Positions 17,280 through 24,063 of a DNA stretch of 32,000 nt are shown here, in pieces. The notes beneath the pieces were generated by a model. That model worked only from the letters and a program-made list of their open reading frames with translations. It had not been told where the DNA came from and did no database searches. Each line of letters opens with the position of its first letter. Within the stretch, counting starts at the first letter, position 1. This DNA comes from Cupriavidus necator (GTDB lineage Bacteria > Pseudomonadota > Gammaproteobacteria > Burkholderiales > Burkholderiaceae): contig NZ_CP066019.1 of assembly GCF_016127575.1 (NCBI RefSeq), forward strand, positions 2,880,555 to 2,912,554, in the 5' to 3' direction. A program made the position numbers and the translations under genes.

Positions 17280-18566
17280 TTACTCCAGCAGGGTGCGCGG
17301 ATCGGTAATGCGGCCGGTGACGGCGCTGGCGGCCACGGTCATCGGCGAGCCCAGCCACACCGCGCTGCCGGCATCGCCCATGCGCCCGGAGAAGTTGCGC
17401 GCCGTCGACGCAATCGCGCGGCTGCCCGCCGGGAAGCGCGCCGCGCCATAGCCGGCGCAGGCGCCGCAGGCGTTGGGCAGCAGCGTGGCGCCGGCGTCGG
17501 TCAGGATGCCAAGCGTGCCCTCCTGCTCGGCCAGCAGCTGGTCGCGGCGCGAGGCCGGCGCCACCTGCAGGGTCACGCCCGCTGCCACGCGGCGCCTGCG
17601 CAGCACGCGCGCGGCCATGCGCAGGTCTTCCAGCTTGGCGCCAGTGCAGGCACCCAGGTAGGCGATCTGCACGGGCTCGCCGGCGGCCTGGTCTACCGGC
17701 GCGCTGTTGGCCGGAGAGTGCGGCGCCGCCACCTGCGGCACCAGTGCCGCGGCGTCGAAGCGGTGTGTGGCCAGCACCGGTGCATCGGGGTCCGTGCGCC
17801 AGTGGGCCAGGTCGATTGCGGCCAGCGTCTGCGCCGGCACGCCGGCCTCGGCCAGCCAGCCGAGCGTGACCGCGTCGGGCGCCACCAGGCCGGTCTGCGC
17901 GCCCAGCTCGGCGCTCATGTTGGCCAGCGTCATGCGCTCCTGCATCGGCAGCGCGGCGACGGCGCTGCCGGTGTACTCCAGCGCCTCATAGCGGCCGCCG
18001 CCCATGCCGAGCGTCGCGCACAGGAACAGCATCATGTCCTTGGCGCAGACGCCCGCTGCAAGCTGGCCGTCCCATTGCAGCCGGATGGTATTGGGCACGC
18101 GCAGCCAGATCTCGCCGGTGGCCAGCACGCCGGCCATCTCAGTCGCGCCCACGCCGAACATATAGGCGCCGAAGGCACCGCCGGTGGGGCTGTGGCTGTC
18201 GCCGCCGACAATCAGGCGGCCCGGCAGCACATGGCCGCGCTCGGGCAGCACCACATGGCAGATGCCTTCGGCGTCGATGAAGTGGGCGCCGGACTGGCGC
18301 GTCCAGTCGCGCGTGAAGCGCAGGATCGACTCGGCCTGGGCATCGCCGCCCGGCACGAAATGGTCGGTCACCACCACATAGCGCGACGGGTCCCAGACCC
18401 CGGTGCCAAGCTCTTCCAACAGCGGCGCCACGCGGCGCGGGCCGCTGGAGTCGTGCGACATCGCCAGGTCGACCCGGCAGATCACCACCGTGCCGATCTC
18501 CGCATGCGCCAGCCCGGCGGCGCGCGCAACCAGTTTCTGCGCCAGCGTGGCGGGAGTATGGCTCAT
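17280..18566 (-). CDS. Aconitase-family dehydratase large subunit (LeuC-like)
   Basis: 428 aa counted from ATG 18566 (MSHTPATLAQKLV...). Fe-S cysteine contexts YLGACTGAK and PNACGACAGYG are present. The start overlaps the stop of the upstream Bug receptor gene. Confidence 0.85.
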   Translation of the reverse strand: MSHTPATLAQKLVARAAGLAHAEIGTVVICRVDLAMSHDSSGPRRVAPLLEELGTGVWDPSRYVVVTDHFVPGGDAQAESILRFTRDWTRQSGAHFIDAEGICHVVLPERGHVLPGRLIVGGDSHSPTGGAFGAYMFGVGATEMAGVLATGEIWLRVPNTIRLQWDGQLAAGVCAKDMMLFLCATLGMGGGRYEALEYTGSAVAALPMQERMTLANMSAELGAQTGLVAPDAVTLGWLAEAGVPAQTLAAIDLAHWRTDPDAPVLATHRFDAAALVPQVAAPHSPANSAPVDQAAGEPVQIAYLGACTGAKLEDLRMAARVLRRRRVAAGVTLQVAPASRRDQLLAEQEGTLGILTDAGATLLPNACGACAGYGAARFPAGSRAIASTARNFSGRMGDAGSAVWLGSPMTVAASAVTGRITDPRTLLE

Positions 18567-19603
18567 TCCGGCGAGGCTCCCGAATACTTGACCACGGCGG
18601 CCCAGCGCCTGACGTCCTGCTTCACGAAGGCGGCGAAGGCGTCGGGCGGCGTGCCCATCGGCTGCGCCCCGTCGTTCTCCAGGCGCTTGCGCACCGCGGG
18701 CGTTTCCAGCCCCTTGCGCGCGGCCTGGTACAGCGCCTGCGTGACTTCGTGCGGCATGCCGGCCGGACCGAACAGGCCGAACCACGCGCTCGATTCAAAG
18801 CCCTTCACGGTGGCGCCGATCGGCGCCGCGCCCGGGAACTGCGGCAGGGCCGCGGGGCTGGTCACGCCCAGCACCTTGAGCTTGCCCGCGCGCACATGCG
18901 GCAGCACGTTGATGGTGCTGGCGAACATCAGGTCGCACTGGCCCGCCAGCACGTCGGTGAGCGCGGGCGAGGTGCCCTTGTACGGAATGTTGACGATATA
19001 GGTGCCGGTCATCATCTTGAACATGTCGCCGGCCATATGCAGCGACGACCCCACCGAGCCGATGGCAAAGTTCAGCTTGCCCGGTTCGGAACGCGCCAGG
19101 CGGATCAGCTCGGGCACATTGCTGGCCGCCAGCTTAGGCGTGGCCACCAGCACGCTCGGCACGGTGGCCACCAGCGTGATCGGGGTGAAGTCCTGCACCG
19201 GGTCGAACGGCAGCTTCTTGTACAGGGTGGCGTTGATGGTGTGGCTGGTGAAGCTCATCAGCAGCGTGCTGCCGTCCGGCGCGCTTTTGGCGACCAGGTC
19301 GGCGGCGATATTGCCGCCGGCGCCGGGGCGGTTCTCGACCACCACCGGCTGGCCGAGCTCCTGGGACATTTCCTGGGCGATGGTGCGCGCCAGCGTGTCG
19401 GTGGTGCCGCCGGCGGGCGCGCCCACCAGGATCCGGATCGGCTTGCCGCCGGCCACCTGGGGTTGCCCCTGGGCCGCGGCGGACAGCGGCAGGGCCAGCG
19501 CGCACACGGCCAGGCTGGCCATGGCCAGGCGCTGCACCGCGGCGCGGCGGGGGATCGAAGGCAGACGGGTCGGGCTGGACGGGACCAGGCAGAACACGGG
19601 CAT
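18563..19603 (-). CDS. Bug-family (TctC-like) tripartite tricarboxylate transporter periplasmic receptor
   Basis: Signal peptide ...LAVCALALPLSAAAQG, then KPIRILVGAPAGGTTDTLARTIAQEM...VVENRPGAGGNIAADLVAKSAPDGSTLL, typical of Bug proteins. The start is ATG 19603 with a GAGGAG SD. Confidence 0.85.
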   Translation of the reverse strand: MPVFCLVPSSPTRLPSIPRRAAVQRLAMASLAVCALALPLSAAAQGQPQVAGGKPIRILVGAPAGGTTDTLARTIAQEMSQELGQPVVVENRPGAGGNIAADLVAKSAPDGSTLLMSFTSHTINATLYKKLPFDPVQDFTPITLVATVPSVLVATPKLAASNVPELIRLARSEPGKLNFAIGSVGSSLHMAGDMFKMMTGTYIVNIPYKGTSPALTDVLAGQCDLMFASTINVLPHVRAGKLKVLGVTSPAALPQFPGAAPIGATVKGFESSAWFGLFGPAGMPHEVTQALYQAARKGLETPAVRKRLENDGAQPMGTPPDAFAAFVKQDVRRWAAVVKYSGASPE

Positions 19604-19713
19604 GGCGACGGCTCCTCGCTTGATGTGATCAGAGATGCGCAGTATCGCCCGGAACGTTACGTGGCGCATCCCTGGCTGCGCCGCCTGCGGGAAGTCGGCG
19701 GCGGTCCGCGGGG

Positions 19714-20499
19714 TCAGTCGCGCAGGCCCGGGCGGGTTTCGCTTTCCACCCAGACGTTGGCGCTGTCGACGCCGGCCGGCGACAACTCCATGCGGTATTC
19801 ATAGCGGTCCGGGCGGTACTGGCCGAGCAGCAACTGGACCGGGCGCCCGGCCGCGTCCTTGACCACGCGGCGCACCGCCAGCAGCGCGCCGCCTACCGGC
19901 ACGTCCAGCAGCGGCGCCACCACCACGTCGGCCAGGCGCGCGGACAGCACCTGGCTGGCACGGCCCAGCTTCACGCCGCCGGCCTCCAGCAGCCGCAGCA
20001 CCGGCCGCTCTTCCAGGGACTGGCGCGTGATCGGCCGGCCCAGGTCGGCGGGCAGGTAGACCGTGATATGCGACAGCGGCCGGTTGCGGTAGTGGCGCAC
20101 GCGCACGATCTTCACCACCGGATCGCCCGGCTCGATCTGCAGCGATTCGGCCACATCGGGCGTGGCATGGACTTCGTCGATCGAGATCACCTTCACCGAC
20201 GTCTTCTGGCCCATGTCGATGATGTTGTCGAGCAGGCTGGTGCCGCGTTCCTCGCCGGCCGCCGTCGCCGGGCGCACCGGATGCGGGTTGACGAAGGTGC
20301 CAAGCCCGCGGTGGCGGCGCACCAGGCCTTCTTGCACCAGGCGGTCGAACACGCGCCGCATGGTCACGCGCGAGGCGTGGAACTGCTTGGCCAGGTCGAT
20401 CTCGCCCGGCAAGGGGCCCTGGCCGAAGCGGCCTTCCACGATCTGCTGGCGCAATACCACGTAAATCTGGTGATACAGGGGAACGACGGCTTCACTCAT
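19714..20499 (-). CDS. GntR-family (HutC/UTRA-type) transcriptional regulator
   Basis: wHTH LPGEIDLAKQFHASRVTMRRVFDRLVQEGLVRRHRGLGTFV followed by a UTRA-like C-terminal domain. It is the first gene of the minus-strand module. Confidence 0.85.
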   Translation of the reverse strand: MSEAVVPLYHQIYVVLRQQIVEGRFGQGPLPGEIDLAKQFHASRVTMRRVFDRLVQEGLVRRHRGLGTFVNPHPVRPATAAGEERGTSLLDNIIDMGQKTSVKVISIDEVHATPDVAESLQIEPGDPVVKIVRVRHYRNRPLSHITVYLPADLGRPITRQSLEERPVLRLLEAGGVKLGRASQVLSARLADVVVAPLLDVPVGGALLAVRRVVKDAAGRPVQLLLGQYRPDRYEYRMELSPAGVDSANVWVESETRPGLRD

Positions 20500-21089
20500 G
20501 GTTTCCCTTGCGGAGAGATGACAAGTCTGTAATGCCTCTAATGTACTTTAAATCAGACATAGAGCCTAGCATGGTTAGCCGCAGTGGCGCTTGCGGGACA
20601 ACTGCGCCGGCGCGGTGTTGCAGCGATGCATCTCGTCTGTGCCGAGACCCTTGGCTGGCTGCGCCAGCGCGGGTGAAGTCGGTCTGGCGCCGCTGCATGC
20701 CTTGCTGGGATGGACAACGCCGGTGCGGTGGAGCGGGTTGTGCCGTGCGGCGAGAACAGGACATCGGGGCGCCGCCGCAGCAATGTGGAGATGCCCCACA
20801 CGGGCGGCGACGACGGCACCCTCGATGCCGTGTTTCAGTCCCGATACGTAAGGTCGCGCCTCGGGCAAATTCTGGCTGCCGGCATAAGACCCTGAAAAAT
20901 AAGGCGTTTTCCGACTACCCCGGAACCCCCCCAGGTGGGCCGGGAGTGGCCGTGTCACAGCGGTGTGACATGTCGTCTGCCGTGCACAGCGGCGAGGGCG
21001 GCAAGCGTCGCGCAAAGCCGCGGAAAGTCCCCGCCAGAGTGCCGGGCGGGCCTTGTAATACAAGGAGTTGGCGCCGCAGGTGGCGCAGC

Positions 21090-21104
21090 TGGCACCGATT
21101 ATGC
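21090..21104 (+). promoter_or_regulatory. Candidate sigma-54 (-24/-12) promoter
   Basis: TGGCAC-cgatt-ATGC compared with the consensus TGGCAC-N5-TTGC. The GG/GC spacing is correct and there is one mismatch in the -12 box. It sits about 120 bp upstream of ATG 21224. No enhancer-binding protein gene is visible in the window. Confidence 0.3.
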
Positions 21105-21223
21105 GCAAGGGGAGTCTGGTTTGGCTGGGTGCCGGACCTGAACCTCCAGCCGTCGTTCCTCGCAAGAGCGCCGGCCGGAGGCTGAGCCGCTGTGACACTG
21201 TGCAATTCTCCTGGGAGCTTCGT

Positions 21224-22738
21224 ATGAAAAAGACCTTACTGGCGTCGGCTATCGCCATGGCATTTGCGGGACAGGCCTGGGCAAATCCGACCAATAACAA
21301 CGACGTGGTAAGAGGTGGCGGCGACAACACGCAAACCGCCACAGCGACCTCGACGCAGAGTGGCAGCGGCGCGGCGGCAAACGAATATTCGACCGCAGTC
21401 CAGGCCAATGACAGCAGCACCAACACCAGAACCACCACGGTTGGCGTCAACAAGACCAAGACCACGACCAACTCGAACAACAGGAGCAGGATCGACTTTG
21501 ACCATGGCGTAGGCAACGCGGGCTCCAACGGTGGCAGCGCAACCTCCAGCGTAAGCAACGCCTTCAACACCAGCAAGGCACTGGCGATCAGCAAGCTGAA
21601 TGGCACGGTTTCCAACAACAGCATTGGCCCGATCGGCAATTACGCCACCAACTGGGGTAACGCGAATGGTGCAGCCGGTGGCCGGGGCGGCAATGGCTTT
21701 GGCGGTACCGGCGAAGGCGGGCGCGGCGGCAACGGCGGCAACGGCGGTAACGGCGGCAGCGGCGGCTCCGGTGGCAGCGCTACCAACGGTAGCGCCACCA
21801 ATGGCGACGCCACCAACGGCAGCGCCAACGCTGGTAATGGCGGTGCCGGCGGCAAGGCGATTGGCTGGGCCGGCAGTGGCGGTGACGGCAAGGCATATGG
21901 CGGCAGCGCACTCTCCGCAGCGGGCAGCAAGGGCGGCAGCGGCGGCGATGCTTATGGCAAGGGCGGCGGCGCTCTGAGCGCATCGCTCGGCGCCGGCGGC
22001 CGCGGCGGCAGTGCCGGCGCGATCGGCGGTGGTGGCCTGGGTGCCAGCGGCGCCCTGGGCGGCTTGGCAGGTTCGGCCGGCGGCTCAGGTGGTAGCAGCG
22101 GCAATGCCAACGGTGCGGGTGGCGACACTACCACTGGCGGCGCAGGCGGCGCAGGCGGCGCAGCGGCCGGTACCAACACGGCTGGCGCAGGCACCGGTTC
22201 GGGCGGCGCAGGTACCGCGAGTGGCGGTGCGGGCGGTGCCGGAACGGCAGCTGCAGGCGCGACCGGCGGAGCCGGCAGCGGCACCGGCGGTGCCGGTGGC
22301 GCGGGCGGCGCGGCGACCTCGACCGCAACGGCGGGCGCGGCAAGCGGCACCGGCGGCGCGGGCGGCACGCAAGCCAGCGTTGGCGGCGCGGGCGGTACTG
22401 GCGGTTCGGCCACGAACGGCAGCGCAACGAGTTCGGCCTCCAATGGCAGCTCCACGGCTGGCAACGGTGCGGTGGGTGCTACCGGCGGCGCGGGCGGCGC
22501 GGGCGGCACTGGCAATGGCGGCACTGGCGGCACCGGCAACGGCGCAGTCGGCGGCGCTGGCGGTAATGGCGGTTACAACATTGTTGACGCGGGCACCTTC
22601 AATATGTCCAACACCATGACCAGCGTTGGTCAAACGGCGGCGGGCATCATGATGGCCAACCAGAACAGCGGCGCTGCCTCGCTCGTGCAGCAAAGCGTGA
22701 ACGTTCAGGCCAACCTGCAGGTCGGCGGCAACCGGTAA
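21224..22738 (+). CDS. Secreted 504-aa glycine-rich (GGAGG/GGN, PGRS-like) protein; putative major cargo or fibre subunit of the C39/barrel operon
   Basis: GGGAG SD and signal peptide MKKTLLASAIAMAFAGQAWA. The order of regions is DVVRGG, a T/N/S-rich segment, about 306 aa of Gly/Ala/Ser/Thr/Asn low complexity (nt 21656-22573), and a C-terminal Q/N module ...TAAGIMMANQNSGAASLVQQSVNVQANL. The mature part has no Cys. Confidence 0.8.
   Translation: MKKTLLASAIAMAFAGQAWANPTNNNDVVRGGGDNTQTATATSTQSGSGAAANEYSTAVQANDSSTNTRTTTVGVNKTKTTTNSNNRSRIDFDHGVGNAGSNGGSATSSVSNAFNTSKALAISKLNGTVSNNSIGPIGNYATNWGNANGAAGGRGGNGFGGTGEGGRGGNGGNGGNGGSGGSGGSATNGSATNGDATNGSANAGNGGAGGKAIGWAGSGGDGKAYGGSALSAAGSKGGSGGDAYGKGGGALSASLGAGGRGGSAGAIGGGGLGASGALGGLAGSAGGSGGSSGNANGAGGDTTTGGAGGAGGAAAGTNTAGAGTGSGGAGTASGGAGGAGTAAAGATGGAGSGTGGAGGAGGAATSTATAGAASGTGGAGGTQASVGGAGGTGGSATNGSATSSASNGSSTAGNGAVGATGGAGGAGGTGNGGTGGTGNGAVGGAGGNGGYNIVDAGTFNMSNTMTSVGQTAAGIMMANQNSGAASLVQQSVNVQANLQVGGNR
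21725..21838 (+). repeat. In-frame tandem repeats inside the glycine-rich gene: 9-bp units (GGC GGC AAC/AGC) x6, then 15-bp units (GCC ACC AAC GGC AGC) x4
   Basis: Read directly. Positions 21725-21778 encode GGN GGN GGN GGS GGS GGS. Positions 21779-21838 encode ATNGS ATNGD ATNGS ANAGN. Confidence 0.85.
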
Positions 22739-22751
22739 GGCGTGCAGCCAC

Positions 22752-22784
22752 GGTCTGGCCCGGGACTTGTGCCCGGGCCAGACC
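22752..22784 (+). terminator. Perfect 13-bp GC-rich hairpin 14 nt after the stop of the glycine-rich gene (attenuator or terminator candidate)
   Basis: GGTCTGGCCCGGG-acttgtg-CCCGGGCCAGACC. No U-tract follows. Confidence 0.45.
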
Positions 22785-22805
22785 GGCAGCTCGCACTCAT
22801 GCCGG

Positions 22806-22848
22806 CAGGACCGGCGCCCGCATCCTGTGTGCGGGCGCGCGGGTCCTG
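22806..22848 (+). terminator. Second compound hairpin (7 + 9 bp) in the same intergenic gap
   Basis: CAGGACC g GCGCCCGCA-tcctgtg-TGCGGGCGC gcg GGTCCTG. The loop shares YTGTG with the first hairpin. No U-tract follows. Confidence 0.35.
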
Positions 22849-22923
22849 TCATGCCCCAAGCAAGCCTGATTGCCTTGCAGCCGTCCGGATGGGGGCGGCC
22901 GGCAGGCAAGGGGAGACGACATC

Positions 22924-23358
22924 ATGCAATCGGTCCGCTTCGCCGTCGGCGCATTCGCGACGGTCTTACTCGCCTGGCCAGTGCTGCAGGCGCACGCTGA
23001 GCCGCCAGGGCTGGACGCCGCCATGGCAGCGGCGCGCGCTGCTTCTGGCGCTGCCCCGGACACGGCTGCAATCACCGCACAGCCGACGGCCGCAACTTCC
23101 TTGTTCGGAGGGGTGGCGAAAGCCGTACCCGTGTCTAAACTGGATGACATCCGTGGCGGCGCCGAGGTCACGGTCAACGATATGCGCCTGCACGGTACCG
23201 TGGCCGACAACGCCGCGGTCAATATTCTGTCCGGCACCAACAACATCGCGGACGGGGCCTTCTCGAATGCGGCAGGGATTCCCACCGCGATCCAGAACTC
23301 GGGCTCCAACGTACTGATCCAGAACGCCACTATCGTCAACGTCCAGTTCAAGCAATGA
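22924..23358 (+). CDS. Secreted 144-aa protein with internal double-glycine motif and C-terminal Q/N module (putative minor subunit or nucleator)
   Basis: GGGGAG SD and signal peptide MQSVRFAVGAFATVLLAWPVLQAHA. An Ala/Pro-rich pro-region ends in VSKLDDIRGG. The C-terminal 65 aa end in ...NAAGIPTAIQNSGSNVLIQNATIVNVQFKQ. The stop overlaps the next ATG (ATGA at 23355-23358). Confidence 0.75.
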   Translation: MQSVRFAVGAFATVLLAWPVLQAHAEPPGLDAAMAAARAASGAAPDTAAITAQPTAATSLFGGVAKAVPVSKLDDIRGGAEVTVNDMRLHGTVADNAAVNILSGTNNIADGAFSNAAGIPTAIQNSGSNVLIQNATIVNVQFKQ

Positions 23359-24053
23359 AGCCGCTGCGAAACCTGTTGGCGTCTGTACCGTTCTTGCTGG
23401 CCGCGGGGGGCGTTCCATGTGCCCAGGCTGCCGACACCCTGATATACGGGCCGGTCGGCGAGTCCTACAACGTCCGGGTCACGAGCGTGCGCGAGGCTCG
23501 CTTCAAGTCCACGATCCGGCAGCAGTTCGACTTCAGCTGCGGCTCGGCCGCGGTGGCCACGCTGCTGAGCTACCAGTACGGCCATCCGATGAATGAGGCC
23601 ACGGTCTTCCAGAACATGTACCTCAACGGCGACCAGCAGAAGATCCGCGCCGAGGGGTTCTCGCTGCTCGACATGAAGCGCTTCCTGGCCGCGCTCGGCT
23701 ATGAGGCGGACGGCTACGAGCTGCCACTGTCCAAGCTGGAAGAGACGCAGGTGCCGGCCATCGTGCTGATCGTGGAGAACGGTTACCACCATTTCGTGGT
23801 GGTCAAGGGCGTGAAGGGCGACCGCGTGCTGATCGGCGATCCCGCACGCGGCACGCGCGCGATGTCACGCGAGCATTTCGAGCAGATCTGGGACAGCCAG
23901 CTGCTGTTCGTGATCCATAACCGCACCGAACGGGCGCGGTTCAACCTTGCAGCCGACTGGCGCGTTGCGCCGAGCGGTCCTTACTGGATGGGAGTCAACC
24001 GGGATAGCTTGTTCTTCACCGTCATGCCCAAGCATGGCGCGGGCGATTTTTGA
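23355..24053 (+). CDS. Periplasmic stand-alone C39-family cysteine peptidase (FapD-like)
   Basis: Signal peptide MKPLRNLLASVPFLLAAGGVPCAQA. Gln56 and Cys62 sit in RQQFDFSCGSAAVATLL (Q six residues before C). His146 sits in GYHHFVVVKG and Asp162 in LIGDP (His-to-Asp spacing of 16). This is the canonical C39 catalytic arrangement. Confidence 0.85.
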   Translation: MKPLRNLLASVPFLLAAGGVPCAQAADTLIYGPVGESYNVRVTSVREARFKSTIRQQFDFSCGSAAVATLLSYQYGHPMNEATVFQNMYLNGDQQKIRAEGFSLLDMKRFLAALGYEADGYELPLSKLEETQVPAIVLIVENGYHHFVVVKGVKGDRVLIGDPARGTRAMSREHFEQIWDSQLLFVIHNRTERARFNLAADWRVAPSGPYWMGVNRDSLFFTVMPKHGAGDF

Positions 24054-24063
24054 GGAACGCATC

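Noticed and set aside
17718-19001. 427-aa plus-strand ORF
   Set aside because: It is an antisense shadow of the LeuC-like and Bug receptor genes.
20508-21639. 225-aa plus-strand and 354-aa minus-strand ORFs in the leader region upstream of gene A
   Set aside because: They are rich in Arg, Cys, Pro and Leu and look random. They have no SD and no coding-type third-position bias that I could see. The minus-strand ORF is partly antisense to the N-terminus of gene A. I treat the region as non-coding regulatory DNA.
21952-22539. 195-aa Pro/Ala-rich ORF (PPAPPAPP...) and other ORFs antisense or off-frame within the glycine-rich gene
   Set aside because: They are the direct consequence of reading GGC/GCC repeats on the other strand or in another frame. 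The sense frame has a signal peptide, an SD and a conserved C-terminal module.
21224-22738. Protein A as an RTX/T1SS substrate or an autotransporter
   Set aside because: It has no GGxGxD nonapeptide periodicity, and there are no adjacent ABC, MFP or TolC genes. It has a cleavable Sec signal, which T1SS substrates lack, and no C-terminal beta-barrel translocator domain.
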